Source: Vicinamibacteria bacterium
Lineage (GTDB): Bacteria; Acidobacteriota; Vicinamibacteria; Fen-336
DNA length: 32,620 nt
Assembly: GCA_035715025.1 (NCBI GenBank)
Contig: DASTLK010000464.1
Coordinates: forward strand, 1-32,620
Reading direction: 5' to 3'
Positions 1 through 9,828 of the stretch are shown here, one piece after another. The position numbers and the translations under genes are program-made. The notes beneath the pieces were generated by a model. The model did not search any database. It had not been told where the DNA came from and was given only the letters and a program-made list of their open reading frames with translations. Position 1 is the stretch's first letter. Every line of letters begins with the position of its first letter.

Positions 1-185
1 CGGAGCTGCGCCGCCCGCTGGGCATCGCCATCGTGGGCGGCCTCCTCTTCAGCCAGATGCTCACGCTGTTCACCACGCCCGTCGTCTATCTCTATCTCGA
101 CCGGTTCCGGCTGCGCATGGCGCGCCTGAGCGGACGACGCCGGCGGCCGAAGGAAGCGGCGGTGGTCGCGCGGGGGGACGCGTGA
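1..185 (+). CDS. RND (AcrB/HAE1-type) efflux permease, C-terminal fragment; 5' end lies outside the window
   Basis: Open frame enters from the left edge (codon phase from nt 3): [38 protein letters not shown]..., which resembles the last TM helix and tail of RND pumps. The TGA at 183-185 overlaps the GTG of the next gene (GTGA). Absent from the ORF track because it has no upstream stop. Confidence 0.7.
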   Translation, partial: ELRRPLGIAIVGGLLFSQMLTLFTTPVVYLYLDRFRLRMARLSGRRRRPKEAAVVARGDA

Positions 186-1669
186 GCCGCGGAGAGGCCG
201 TTGCCGTGGCCATCCTGGCCTCCGTATCGGTGTCCGCCTGTGCGGTCGGTCCCCACTACGTGCGCCCTTCCGCGCCCACTCCACCCGCCTTCAAGGAAGA
301 GGCGGTCCCCGGCCAGCGTGCCGAGGATTGGAAGCCGGCGGAGCCGCGCGACGCCGCCCCCCGCGGCCCCTGGTGGGACGCGTTCGGCGAGCCCGAGCTG
401 AGCGCGCTCGAAGAGCAGGTCGACCTCGCCAACCAGGACCTCGCGCGGGCAGAGGCGAACTACCGCGTGGCCCGCGCGCTCGCCCGCGGGGCGCGCGCCG
501 ACCTCCTGCCCACGGTGACGGGAGGCGCCGGAGTCACCATCTCCCACAACGGCAACCGCAGCAACGGCCAGGGCACGACGTCGTCGAGCACGTCCCGAAC
601 CACGACCTACCAGGTGCCCATCGACCTGTCGTGGGAAGCAGACGTCTTCGGCCGCATCCGCCGCAACCTCGAGGCCAACGTCGCGGAGGCGCAGGCCAGC
701 GCGGCCGACCTGGAATCAGTCCGCCTCAGCCTGCACGCGGAGCTGGCCACGGACTGGTTCCTCCTCAAGGGCCTCGACGCCGAGCGGCGGCTCCTCAGCG
801 AAGCGGTGGACAACTACGCGCGCGCGCTCGAGCTCAACCGCAACCGGCACGACCAGGGTATCGTCTCCGGCGTCGACGTGGCCCAGGCGGAGACGCAGCT
901 CGAGACGACGCGCGTCGAGGCCACGGACCTCGAGATCGACCGCGCCCAGCTCGAGCACGCCATCGCCGTGCTCGTGGGCAAGGCGCCCGCCGAGCTCACC
1001 CTGCCGCCCTCGCCCATCGACACCACGCCGCCCCCGATCCCGGCCATGCTTCCCGCGGAGCTGCTCGAGCGCCGGCCCGACATCGCGGCCGCCGAGCGAC
1101 GCGTCGCCGCCGCCAACGCGCAGGTGGGCGTGGCCACCGCGGCCTTCTTCCCCCGCCTGCTCCTGGCCGCCACCGCAGGCCTTCAGAGCACGAGCCTGGG
1201 CAGCCTCTTCTCGGCGCCGAGCCGCTTCTGGTCGCTGGGTCCGTCGCTGATGCAGACGCTGTTCTCGGGCGGCCGTCGGCGGGCCGCGGTCGACCAGGCC
1301 CGCGCGTCCTACGACGCCGCCGTCGCCGCCTACCGGCAGAGCGCTCTCGGTGCCTTCCAGGAGGTCGAGGACGGCCTGGCCGCGCAACGGATCCTGGGCA
1401 CGGAGGCGGCGCAGGAGGCGGCGGCGGTGGCCGCGTCCGACCGGCTGGTGGCCATCGCGCGCAACCGCTACAACGGCGGGATCACGACCTATCTCGAAGT
1501 GGTGACGGCGGAGCAGGCGGCGCTCAACAACCATCGCGCCGCCGTGCAGCTCTTGACGCGCCGTCTCACGAGCGGCGTGGCGCTGGTGAAGGCGCTGGGC
1601 GGCGGCTGGGAGGCCGCGTCGCTGCCGGCCGCGGGCGCCGTGCTCGCCGGCGCGTCCTCGAGTCGCTGA
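182..1669 (+). CDS. RND efflux outer-membrane factor lipoprotein (NodT/OprM family)
   Basis: 495 aa. Lipoprotein signal with lipobox VSAC (..[16 protein letters not shown]), then two long coiled/repeat halves typical of OMF proteins (PDLLPTV.., [22 protein letters not shown].., GGGW at the C-terminus). Translationally coupled to the upstream RND permease. Confidence 0.9.
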   Translation: MSRGEAVAVAILASVSVSACAVGPHYVRPSAPTPPAFKEEAVPGQRAEDWKPAEPRDAAPRGPWWDAFGEPELSALEEQVDLANQDLARAEANYRVARALARGARADLLPTVTGGAGVTISHNGNRSNGQGTTSSSTSRTTTYQVPIDLSWEADVFGRIRRNLEANVAEAQASAADLESVRLSLHAELATDWFLLKGLDAERRLLSEAVDNYARALELNRNRHDQGIVSGVDVAQAETQLETTRVEATDLEIDRAQLEHAIAVLVGKAPAELTLPPSPIDTTPPPIPAMLPAELLERRPDIAAAERRVAAANAQVGVATAAFFPRLLLAATAGLQSTSLGSLFSAPSRFWSLGPSLMQTLFSGGRRRAAVDQARASYDAAVAAYRQSALGAFQEVEDGLAAQRILGTEAAQEAAAVAASDRLVAIARNRYNGGITTYLEVVTAEQAALNNHRAAVQLLTRRLTSGVALVKALGGGWEAASLPAAGAVLAGASSSR

Positions 1670-1703
1670 TCCCGCCCGCGGGGTTCTGACGTAGGCTCGC
1701 CGG

Positions 1704-2609
1704 ATGAAGCTCCTGCTCACGCTGTCCCTCGCCGCTCTTCTCGCGGGTCCGACCTTCGCGCAATCCCCGTCTCCGTTCCCGTCGCCGTCTCCGTCCGTCA
1801 CGCCACCCGAAATCGGTCCGGCCAGGGGCACGCTGGTCATCGTCGGCGGCGGGCTGAAGAGCGAGTCGATCCTGAAACGCTTCCTCGACCTCGCCGGCGG
1901 CCCCGAGGCGAGCCTCGTCCTGATCCCCACGGCGGGCGAGAGCGACGATCTCTCCGATTATGCGGGCGACCTGCGCGACCTCGCGGACGCGGGGGCGCGC
2001 CACGTCAAGCTGATCCACACGCGCGACCGCAAGGTGGCCGACTCCGAGGCCTTCGTCGCCCCGCTGCGCGAAGCGCGCGGGGTGTGGTTCCCGGGCGGAC
2101 GGCATTGGCGCCTGGCCGACGCCTACCTCGGCACGCGCACGCAGGCCGCCCTCCGCGACGTGCTCGCCCGCGGCGGCGTGATCGGAGGCACGTCCGCCGG
2201 CGCGACCATCTTGGGCTCGTTCATGGTGCGCGGCGACACCAAGGGGAACACGATCATGGTCGGCGACCACGTCGAGGGGCTGGCCTTCCTGAAGAACGTG
2301 GCCATCGACCAGCATCTCCTCAAGCGCAATCGCCAGTTCGACCTCATCCCCGTCATCGAGAGCCATCCGGAGCTGCTGGGCATCGGTCTCGACGAGGACA
2401 CCGCGATCGTGGTGCGCGGCGACCGCTTCGACGTGATGGGCTCTGGCTACGTCGCCATCTACGACCACACGCGGCGGATCGATTCCGGCGGACAGTTCTA
2501 CCTCCTCGCCCCCGGCGACCGCTACGACCTGAAGACGCGGGAGGCGGAGCGCCCACAGCCGCGCGGCGTGCCCATGGAGCGCGTGGTCAAGGAGCCGTGG
2601 ACGAAGTGA
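1704..2609 (+). CDS. Secreted peptidase S51 family (cyanophycinase-like)
   Basis: 301 aa. Signal peptide MKLLLTLSLAALLAGPTFA/Q followed by an SPSPFPSPSPS linker. LVIVGGG...LIPTAGES and the GGTSAGATILG nucleophile-elbow motif are typical of cyanophycinase/dipeptidase E. Confidence 0.75.
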   Translation: MKLLLTLSLAALLAGPTFAQSPSPFPSPSPSVTPPEIGPARGTLVIVGGGLKSESILKRFLDLAGGPEASLVLIPTAGESDDLSDYAGDLRDLADAGARHVKLIHTRDRKVADSEAFVAPLREARGVWFPGGRHWRLADAYLGTRTQAALRDVLARGGVIGGTSAGATILGSFMVRGDTKGNTIMVGDHVEGLAFLKNVAIDQHLLKRNRQFDLIPVIESHPELLGIGLDEDTAIVVRGDRFDVMGSGYVAIYDHTRRIDSGGQFYLLAPGDRYDLKTREAERPQPRGVPMERVVKEPWTK

Positions 2610-2613
2610 GGGC

Positions 2614-3303
2614 TCAGGCCTCCAGCCGGTAGCCCATGCCGTGGACGGTGGTGATGAGCTGCGGGTGGCGGGGGTCGTCCTCCAGCTTGCGGCGCAGCCA
2701 GGCCACGTGCACGTCCACCGTACGCGTGGAGACATCCGCGTCGTAGCCCCAGACGTGCTGCAGGAGCTCCGATCGCGACAGGGTGGCGCCGCGATGGTCG
2801 ACGAAGTAGCGGAGGAGGTGGAACTCGCGGGGTGAGAGGTCCACCGGCCGCCCGCCCTTGCGCACCTCGGCCGCGCGCACGTCGATGGTCAGGTCGCGCA
2901 CCGAGATGGGCGCCCGTGGCGGCGCCGACGTACCCGCGTGCGACGGCCTCAGGCGGGCCTCGATGCGCGCGAGCAGCTCCGCGTTGTCGAAGGGCTTGGT
3001 CACGTAGTCGTCCGCCCCGAGCTTGAGGCCGCGGACCTTGTCCGAGACCTGGCCGCGCGCGGTCAGCATGAGGACGGGAGTGCCCACGCCGCGGGCGCGG
3101 AGCTCGCGCAGGACGTCGAAGCCGTTGCGGCGCGGCAGCATGGCGTCCAGCAGCACGAGGTCGAAGGCCTCCGCGGAGGCACGGAGCAGTCCCGCCTCCC
3201 CATCGCGGGCCACGGCCACGTCGTAGCCGTCCGCCTGCAGGCGATCGGTGAGGGCGAGCACGACCCCGGGCTCGTCCTCGACGAGAAGGAGCCGCGGCTT
3301 CAC
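2614..3303 (-). CDS. OmpR/PhoB-family response regulator (REC + winged helix)
   Basis: 229 aa. LLLVEDEP...DLVLLDAMLP receiver motifs. C-terminal LSPREFHLLRYF...VWGYD...RTVDVHVAWLRRKL winged-helix motif. Its start overlaps the stop of the upstream kinase gene by 4 nt. Confidence 0.9.
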   Translation of the reverse strand: MKPRLLLVEDEPGVVLALTDRLQADGYDVAVARDGEAGLLRASAEAFDLVLLDAMLPRRNGFDVLRELRARGVGTPVLMLTARGQVSDKVRGLKLGADDYVTKPFDNAELLARIEARLRPSHAGTSAPPRAPISVRDLTIDVRAAEVRKGGRPVDLSPREFHLLRYFVDHRGATLSRSELLQHVWGYDADVSTRTVDVHVAWLRRKLEDDPRHPQLITTVHGMGYRLEA

Positions 3304-5171
3304 CCGATCTCCTCGCGCGCGGGCGCACGTTCCGGCACGGCGTCCGCGGGCGCGGCCGCGGGGACACGCAGCACGAACGCGATCCCCCGCTCGAGGGGCC
3401 GCGCCTCCACGCTGCCGCCGTGCGCCTCCGCGATGCGCCGGACGAGGGCCAGACCGATGCCGCTGCCCGGGGCCAGGGATTGAGCCGCGGACCGGCCGCG
3501 GAAGAACGGCTCGAACACGCGGCGGACTTCGTCCGCGCCCAGCCCGGGCCCGCGGTCCTCGACCACGATCTCGACCATCGATCCCGCCGCGCGCGCGGCC
3601 ACCTTCGCGTAGCGACCTTCCGCGGCGTACTTCCGCAGGTTCACGAGGAGGTTGCGCAGGGCCGCGGCCAGCGTGGCCTCGTCCCCGGAAGCGTGGAGGC
3701 CCGGCTCGATCTCGACGTGCGCCTCGATTCCCGCCGCCTCCAGTCCGGCGTCGGCGACCGCGGCCTGGACCAGCCGCTCCACGTCGACCGCCTTGCCCCG
3801 ATCCGCGCCGGCGCTGTCCGCACCGGCAAAGGCCAGGACCTGCTCGACCATGTCCGTGAGCCGGCGGCCTTCCTCGCGCAGCACGGCGCCGTACTCGCGC
3901 ACGCGCGAGGGTTCGACCACGAGGCCGTCGCGCAGGTTCTCGGCGGCGGAGCGGATCACGGTCAGCGGCGTGCGCAGCTCGTGGCTCACCGCGGCCACGA
4001 ACTCGAGCTGGCGCCCGGCCAGGCGCCGTTCGCGCCGCGCGGACACGATCACGAGGGCCGCGCTGCCGCCGAGGAGCAGGAGCACCGCCCCCGCCACCGC
4101 GGCGCTGCGCCGCTGGGTGGCCGCCACCGCGGCCTCCACCGAGCCCGCGCGATGGGAGAGCGCGATCGTCCAGGGCGCGCGCGGGTCCTGGCCTCCGGGC
4201 CCGGGCCCGGACGTGATGCGCAGCGCGAACATCTTCTTCACCGTCGTGTGCGGCGTCTCCCCCGGCATCTCACCCGCCGTCGGCCGCGCGCGCTCGGGAG
4301 CGAGGTTGGCCAGGATCGCGGAGTCGATGTCGTCGAAGCGCACGCTGAAAGCGCTCGCCGTCGCGTCCGCGCTCGCTCCGGGCCCGGGAGCGGCGGGATC
4401 GCTGCGCCAGACGACCCGCGGTCCGGCCGCGCCGCCGACGCCGGGCGCGCTGATCGTGACGTGGTACTCGAGCCCGTCGCCGCCGGCCACGTGCTTCCGG
4501 GCGAGGTCGGGCAGGATGCGCTGGTCCAGCGCCTGGCGATCGATGCGCACCACCGACCACGTCGCCGGCTCCATGTCGGGCCGGAAGACGAAGACGTGAT
4601 CGCGTGCGCCGGACGGCAGAGGCTCGGGCAGCGGGTCTTTCTGCGGCGCGGGGATGAGGACGGCGGGCACGGTCACGTCCGTGGAGCCCAGGCTGGCGAC
4701 GAGACCGGGGTGATCCCCCTTGCCGCCGGTGGTCAGACGGGCCACCAGGGCCGTCATCTCCGCGGGTACGTGGTCGTCGACGAACCGGCCCGACGCGGGA
4801 TCGAACCGGCGCACGTGCGCCTCCCCTCCCCCGCGAGGTACCGCTTCCACCAGCCAGACGTCCGCGACGAGGTCCGGGTACGCGGCGCGCGCCTTCCAGC
4901 TGGCGTAGGCCTGCGCATAGGTTTCGTGATCGCCGCGCTCGACCGCGGCCGCATCGACGCCGAGCATGAGGAACGCGCGGGTCAGCTCACGATCGAGGTC
5001 GTGCGCGAACGCCTCCGCCCGCCCGGCGGCGCTCGTGCGCATGCGCGTCCGCTCCGCCGCGCTCACCGCGGCCAGCCAGCGGTGCTGCAGCAGGGCGAGG
5101 CCGGCCAGCAGCGCGCCGATGAGCACGGCCAGCAGCGGTAGGGGATCGCGAAGGAGACGGCGCATCGTCAC
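3300..5171 (-). CDS. Sensor histidine kinase (two TM helices, large periplasmic domain, HisKA + HATPase_c)
   Basis: 623 aa. TM1 LLAVLIGALLAGLALL, TM2 AVAGAVLLLLGGSAALVIV, H-box FVAAVSHELRTPLT, N-box LRNLLVNLRKYA, G-boxes DRGPGL and GSGIGLALV. The track start is a GTG at 5171; an ATG at 5165 is an alternative. Confidence 0.85.
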   Translation of the reverse strand: MTMRRLLRDPLPLLAVLIGALLAGLALLQHRWLAAVSAAERTRMRTSAAGRAEAFAHDLDRELTRAFLMLGVDAAAVERGDHETYAQAYASWKARAAYPDLVADVWLVEAVPRGGGEAHVRRFDPASGRFVDDHVPAEMTALVARLTTGGKGDHPGLVASLGSTDVTVPAVLIPAPQKDPLPEPLPSGARDHVFVFRPDMEPATWSVVRIDRQALDQRILPDLARKHVAGGDGLEYHVTISAPGVGGAAGPRVVWRSDPAAPGPGASADATASAFSVRFDDIDSAILANLAPERARPTAGEMPGETPHTTVKKMFALRITSGPGPGGQDPRAPWTIALSHRAGSVEAAVAATQRRSAAVAGAVLLLLGGSAALVIVSARRERRLAGRQLEFVAAVSHELRTPLTVIRSAAENLRDGLVVEPSRVREYGAVLREEGRRLTDMVEQVLAFAGADSAGADRGKAVDVERLVQAAVADAGLEAAGIEAHVEIEPGLHASGDEATLAAALRNLLVNLRKYAAEGRYAKVAARAAGSMVEIVVEDRGPGLGADEVRRVFEPFFRGRSAAQSLAPGSGIGLALVRRIAEAHGGSVEARPLERGIAFVLRVPAAAPADAVPERAPAREEIG

Positions 5172-5226
5172 CAGGGCCGCCAGTGTAGCAACCGGCGCCG
5201 GCCGCGCATCCTCGCCGCCGGGGACT

Positions 5227-5256
5227 TTTACAACCTCTTGACAACACCTTTACCGG
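5227..5256. promoter_or_regulatory. Three direct repeats TT(T/G)AC(A/C) phased 11 bp apart; candidate response-regulator operator
   Basis: TTTACAAC (5227-5234), TTGACAAC (5238-5245) and TTTACCGG (5249-5256) lie in the AT-richer patch of the divergent intergenic region 5172-5313. Confidence 0.35.
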
Positions 5257-5313
5257 CCCTTCACCACGCGGCGTGCCCGCTGCCGATATTGGGTGCGCAC
5301 GAGGAGGTGCCCC

Positions 5314-6228
5314 TTGTCCACGATCGTCCGCGCCCTGGCCGTGTCCGCCTCGATCCTGTCCTTCCCCGGACCGCTGTCCTCGGCCGAGCCCGTCGCCGCC
5401 GACGCGGCCGGGCGCGCCCAGCGCGTGCTGGCGGCGGCGCGCCAGGCCCTCGGAGGCGAAGACGCGCTCGCCGCCGTCCATTCCGTGTCACTCGAAGGCC
5501 AGCTCCGCCGCCGTCTGCCCGGCGAGGACGGCGAGATGGAGATGTCGGGCGGCGTGCGCGTGGATGCGCTCCTTCCCGACCGTTACCTGCGCGTCGACAC
5601 CGTCTCGCCGATGCCGGGGATGCCCGGCATCCCGCTCGCCACCGGGCTCGACGGCGACGAGGCCTGGGCGGGCGCGCTCCCCGTGGCCTCCGCCGCGAAC
5701 GTGGTGATTCGCACCGCGCCGCCCGGAGACGCGGGAGCGCAGGCGCGGATGAAGGACCGCGTGCGGCGCGAATCCGCGCTCTTCCTGGTCACCCTGCTCG
5801 CGGGCGGCGGCGGTGCCGAGTACGCGTGGGTGGGCGAGGCGGAGGCGCCAGAGGGGCGGGCCGACGTCCTGCAGGTGACGGGAGGCGGCGGGCTCGACGC
5901 CCGGCTGTTCGTCGATCAGAAGACGCATCGGCCGCTCATGCTCACGTTCCCCGATTCGCGGCCGCGCATGATGGTCCGCCGCCAGATGGGACCGGGCAGC
6001 GGCCACTCCGGGCCGGGGAGCTCCGCACCGGCGGAAGCGCTGCCCACGCCTCCGCCTCCCGTCGAGGCCACCCTCTTCCTCTCCGACTGGAAGCGCGTGG
6101 GCGGCGTCCTCCTCCCGCACGCCCTGAACAAGACGCTCGAGGGCAAGCCGTACGAGGAGATCGTGGTCTCCCACTACACGCTCAACGACCCCAAGCTCAC
6201 CGCGGACAAGTTCCGCAAGAAGGTCTGA
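5314..6228 (+). CDS. Secreted hypothetical protein
   Basis: The track ORF starts at GTG 5293. TTG 5314 is preferred because GAGGAGG lies 6 nt upstream and it gives a clean signal peptide (LSTIVRALAVSASILSFPGPLSSA/EP). High GC3. No motif recognised. Confidence 0.6.
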   Translation: MSTIVRALAVSASILSFPGPLSSAEPVAADAAGRAQRVLAAARQALGGEDALAAVHSVSLEGQLRRRLPGEDGEMEMSGGVRVDALLPDRYLRVDTVSPMPGMPGIPLATGLDGDEAWAGALPVASAANVVIRTAPPGDAGAQARMKDRVRRESALFLVTLLAGGGGAEYAWVGEAEAPEGRADVLQVTGGGGLDARLFVDQKTHRPLMLTFPDSRPRMMVRRQMGPGSGHSGPGSSAPAEALPTPPPPVEATLFLSDWKRVGGVLLPHALNKTLEGKPYEEIVVSHYTLNDPKLTADKFRKKV

Positions 6229-6230
6229 CG

Positions 6231-8735
6231 GTGGAACTCCTGGGCCTTCTCCTCGCGGCCGCCGTGCGCGTGCGCGTCCTCGATCCGAGCGGTGCCGCCG
6301 TCCCCAGGGCGGCGGTGACGCTGCGTTGCGCGGAGGCGCGGGAGCGGAAGGCGGAGACCGGCGCGAGTGGCGAGGCCGCGTTCTCCGTCGTGGACCCGGC
6401 CGCCTGCGCCTTGTTCGTGGAGGCGCGTGGCTTCGAGCCGGTCTCCGAGCCGGAGATTGCGCCCGACGCGAGAGGCCTCGTTGGCGTCCGGCTCACCCTG
6501 GCCCGCCGCGAGGAGAAGGTCACGGTGGGCGAGGACACGCGCGAGTCGCTCGCCCACGCGCGATCGTTCTCGCAGGTGCTGACGCCGGAGGAGATCGCGT
6601 CCCTGCCCGACGACCCCGAAGAGATGGAGAACGAGCTGCGGCGGCGGGCGGGCCCGGGCGCGCTGCTCCGCGTCAACGGATTCAGCGGCGGCCGGCTGCC
6701 CCCGAAGAGCCAGATCCGGCAGATCCGTATCCAGACCAATCGCTTCGCCGCCGAGTACCACGAGGGTGGCCATCCGGGGATCGACATCGTCACCAAGCCC
6801 GGCCTCGGATCCTGGCGGACGGCGGTAGGCGGTGCCTTGCGCGACGGCGCCTGGGCCTCGCGTCCCCCGCTCGCGTCCGCGGGCGGGGCCCAGACGGCGC
6901 ATCGCGTGTCCCTGACCCTGGACGGTCCGCTGCGCAAGGACAAGACGTCGCTCTCGCTGCAGCTCCAGTCGCGCGATGCCACCGACGTCTCCGCGGTCAC
7001 CGCGCTCTCCCCGGGTGCGCCCGCAACCGTGCGTCCCACCCAGCGCAAGCTCGACCTGCAGGGACGGGTCGAGCACGCCTGGGGCAAGACCCAGACCGCG
7101 CGCGCGGAGGTCCAGAGAGGCACGTTCGACCGTGACGGCGTGGGAACGGGCGGCCTCGTCCTGCCCGAACGGGGCTACGCGGATGACCGCGCCGAGGACC
7201 TGCTGCGCCTCTCCAATACCGGAGTGACCCTCGGCTCCTGGGCCACGGACACGCGGCTGCAACTGCGCCGCGAGGCCACGACCTGGACGCCGCAGACGGG
7301 CGGTCCTGCCGTCGATGTCCTCGGCGCCTTCTCGTCCGGGGGCGCGACGCTGTCGGGTGCGCGCCGGACGTGGGGCGTGGAGGTGGGCCAGGACCTCTCC
7401 CGCGCATGGGGCCGGCACGCCGTGCGCGGTGGGCTCCTCTACGAGGGCGCTTTCGTGCGGACGGACGAGCGTCGCAACGCGGAAGGCACGTACACGTTCG
7501 CGAGCCTCGCGGACTGGCGGGCACAGCGGCCGCGGCTGTTCACGCAGCGCACGGGCGATCCACGCGTCTCCGTCGACCTCCACCGCATCGGCGTGTACGC
7601 GCAGGACGACTGGAGGCCGACGGATGCCGTGGCCATCAACGGCGGACTCCGTTACGAGGCGCAGTCCTTCGCCTCGGGCGCGTCCAACTTCGCGCCTCGC
7701 CTCGGCCTCGTCTGGGCCGTGCGGCCGACCCTCACCCTGCGCGCGGGCGCCGGCCGGTTCTTCGACTGGCTGGAGGCGGATCCGGTGGCGCAGGTGCGGG
7801 GCGCCGACGGGACGCACACACACGACGTCTCCATCGATACGCCGGTCTGGACCGATCCCTTCGCCTCCGGCGCCTCCGCGTCCTCGACGACGCGGCGCTG
7901 GGCCCTTGCCTCGGACCTCGTCCAGCCGCGGACGACGCGGCTGTCGCTCGGGCTCGAGCGCTCCTTCGGCCCCGTGCGGATGAACACGGAGTACGCGTAC
8001 GAGCGTGGCGCGGACGAGCTCCGCGCCCGCAACCTGGCGCGGGACGGCGGACGGCTCTTCGAGGTGCGCGCGGAAGGTCGGGCCCGCGCCCACACGGTAC
8101 GCACGGACGTCATGTTCGGCGCTCCCGGCCGGCGGGCGGGGGGGATGATCGGGTACATGTTCCGCTCCAGCCGCAACGACTCCGATGGACCGCTGGCGCT
8201 TCCCGCCGACGACACGAACCTCGCCGCGGAATGGGGACCGGCCGCGGACGACGTACGGCATCGCATCTTCGGGTTCGGGCACTGGCGCGTGATGGGGCGC
8301 CTGCGTCTCTCCGGCCAGCTCTACGCCCAGTCCGGGGCCCCCTGGGACGCGATCACCGGCCGCGACGACAACGGCGACACGCTCGCGAGCGACCGGCCCG
8401 CAGGCACGACGCGGAACGCGGAGCGCGGAGGCTGGACGGTGGACACGGGTCTTCGCCTGACCTGGGACTTCGGATTCGGGGGGACGCGCCAGAACGGCCC
8501 GCGGGCGCCGCAGATGATCGCGATCCGCCTCGGCGGCGAAGACGGACCGCCCGACGTCGGGGGCGGGCCCGACGATCAGCGCTACGGGGTCCAGCTCTAC
8601 GCGCTGGCCAGCAATGTCCTCAATCGTCTGAACGTCGCGCGCTACGGCAACGTCGTCGGCTCGCCGCTCTTCGGGCGCGCCGTGGAAGCGGTCCCAGGCC
8701 GACGTGTGGAAATCGGCGCACGCTTCCGGTTTTGA
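6231..8735 (+). CDS. Outer-membrane beta-barrel protein (carboxypeptidase-regulatory-like N-domain plus TonB-dependent-receptor-like barrel)
   Basis: This is the real part of the 5238-8735 track ORF. GTG at 6231, with AGAAGG 7 nt upstream, sits 3 nt after the stop of the previous gene. The N-terminal VRVLDPSGAAVPRAAVTL...GEAAFS pattern resembles a CarboxypepD_reg domain. The long Gly/Arg/Asp/Tyr-rich barrel region ends in the ..VEIGARFRF terminal-Phe signature of OMPs. Confidence 0.7.
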   Translation: MELLGLLLAAAVRVRVLDPSGAAVPRAAVTLRCAEARERKAETGASGEAAFSVVDPAACALFVEARGFEPVSEPEIAPDARGLVGVRLTLARREEKVTVGEDTRESLAHARSFSQVLTPEEIASLPDDPEEMENELRRRAGPGALLRVNGFSGGRLPPKSQIRQIRIQTNRFAAEYHEGGHPGIDIVTKPGLGSWRTAVGGALRDGAWASRPPLASAGGAQTAHRVSLTLDGPLRKDKTSLSLQLQSRDATDVSAVTALSPGAPATVRPTQRKLDLQGRVEHAWGKTQTARAEVQRGTFDRDGVGTGGLVLPERGYADDRAEDLLRLSNTGVTLGSWATDTRLQLRREATTWTPQTGGPAVDVLGAFSSGGATLSGARRTWGVEVGQDLSRAWGRHAVRGGLLYEGAFVRTDERRNAEGTYTFASLADWRAQRPRLFTQRTGDPRVSVDLHRIGVYAQDDWRPTDAVAINGGLRYEAQSFASGASNFAPRLGLVWAVRPTLTLRAGAGRFFDWLEADPVAQVRGADGTHTHDVSIDTPVWTDPFASGASASSTTRRWALASDLVQPRTTRLSLGLERSFGPVRMNTEYAYERGADELRARNLARDGGRLFEVRAEGRARAHTVRTDVMFGAPGRRAGGMIGYMFRSSRNDSDGPLALPADDTNLAAEWGPAADDVRHRIFGFGHWRVMGRLRLSGQLYAQSGAPWDAITGRDDNGDTLASDRPAGTTRNAERGGWTVDTGLRLTWDFGFGGTRQNGPRAPQMIAIRLGGEDGPPDVGGGPDDQRYGVQLYALASNVLNRLNVARYGNVVGSPLFGRAVEAVPGRRVEIGARFRF

Positions 8736-8780
8736 GGCGCGGGCGCGGGGCCTCCTCGGCGGCGCGGGTTAGACTCGACC

Positions 8781-9731
8781 GTGTCCCCGACTCGCCTGGC
8801 CTCCGCGCTGATCGTGCTCGCGTCCGTGTCCGCCGCCGCGCCGGCGCCGTCGCCCACGCCCGCCGCCGTCCCGCCGGCGAAGACGAAGCTGGCCCTCACC
8901 TTCGACGACCTCCCAGTCCATGGCCCCTTGCCGCCGGGGACGACCCGCGCCGAGGTCGCGCGGAGCATCGTGGCCACCCTCCGGTCCGCCAAGGCCCCGC
9001 CGACCTACGGCTTCATCAACGCGAAGGGCATCCGGGACGCTCCGGAAACGGCCGGATTCCTGGAGATCTGGCGCGCCGCCGGGCACCCGCTGGGCAATCA
9101 CACGTTCTCGCACATGGACCTCCACACGAACTCCGTCGAAGCCTTCGAGCAGGATGCGCTCGCCAACGAGACGACGCTGCAGGCGTCGATGGGATCGAGC
9201 GACTGGCACTGGTTCCGCTATCCGTACCTGCGCGAAGGGGAGACGATCGAGAAGCGGCACGCGATCGCGGGGTTCCTCAAGGATCACGGCTATCGCGTGG
9301 CCGAAGTGACGATGAGCTTCGACGACTACGCCTACAACGAGCCCTACGCGCGCTGCCTCACCGCCAAGGATTCCGCCGGCGTCGAGTGGCTGAAGGAGAG
9401 CTACGCGAGTCGCGCCGCGGCCGCGCTCTCACGCGGGCGGGAGGAGGCGCAGCGCCTCTACGGGCACGACATCGGCCACGTCATGCTCCTGCACGTCGGC
9501 GCGTTCCAGATGGTCATGCTCCCGAAGCTCATGGACTTGATCCGGGAGCACGGCTTCGATCTGGTCACGCTGCCGGAGGCGCAGTCCGATCCGGCGTATT
9601 CCGCCACCGAGTCCGACGTGCCGACGAAGAATGGCTCGACGCTCCTGGAACGGTCCCGGATGGCGCGAGGCCTCGCGCCGCCCCCCGGCCCCGACGACAC
9701 GTTCGCGCGCTTGAATACGCTGTGCAAGTGA
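8781..9731 (+). CDS. Polysaccharide deacetylase (NodB homology domain), secreted
   Basis: 316 aa. Signal-like N-terminus, LALTFDDLP (TFDD motif) and GHPLGNHTFSH (HxxxH metal motif). Confidence 0.8.
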   Translation: MSPTRLASALIVLASVSAAAPAPSPTPAAVPPAKTKLALTFDDLPVHGPLPPGTTRAEVARSIVATLRSAKAPPTYGFINAKGIRDAPETAGFLEIWRAAGHPLGNHTFSHMDLHTNSVEAFEQDALANETTLQASMGSSDWHWFRYPYLREGETIEKRHAIAGFLKDHGYRVAEVTMSFDDYAYNEPYARCLTAKDSAGVEWLKESYASRAAAALSRGREEAQRLYGHDIGHVMLLHVGAFQMVMLPKLMDLIREHGFDLVTLPEAQSDPAYSATESDVPTKNGSTLLERSRMARGLAPPPGPDDTFARLNTLCK

Positions 9732-9739
9732 CACGTAGA

Positions 9740-9772
9740 GCACGGCAGCGTCGCGAAGCGACGGTGCCGTGC
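9740..9772 (+). terminator. Stem-loop just after the deacetylase stop (15-bp stem with 1 mismatch, GAA loop)
   Basis: GCACGGCAGCGTCGC-GAA-GCGACGGTGCCGTGC. Only a short TTT follows, so it is not a canonical intrinsic terminator. Confidence 0.4.
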
Positions 9773-9828
9773 GAGGGGGGTTTCAGGGGGTCGCGAACGC
9801 CCATCGGGATGACGCGTGAGTGCCCCCC

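Noticed and set aside
2606-2617. Convergent S51 peptidase and response-regulator genes separated by only 4 bp, with no terminator.
   Set aside because: This is common in compact GC-rich genomes, and there is no sequence feature to analyse beyond the close spacing.
5238-5266. TTGACA at 5238-5243 as a simple constitutive sigma70 promoter.
   Set aside because: The hexamer 17 bp downstream is TCACCA, a poor -10. GATATT at 5285 is 41 bp away. The hexamer is better explained as one of three phased direct repeats.
5238-6230. N-terminal 331 codons of the 1165-aa track ORF 5238-8735.
   Set aside because: This part is Arg/Pro-rich shadow sequence overlapping the better-supported 5314-6228 gene in another frame. 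The real OM-barrel gene most likely starts at GTG 6231, with an RBS, just after that gene's stop.
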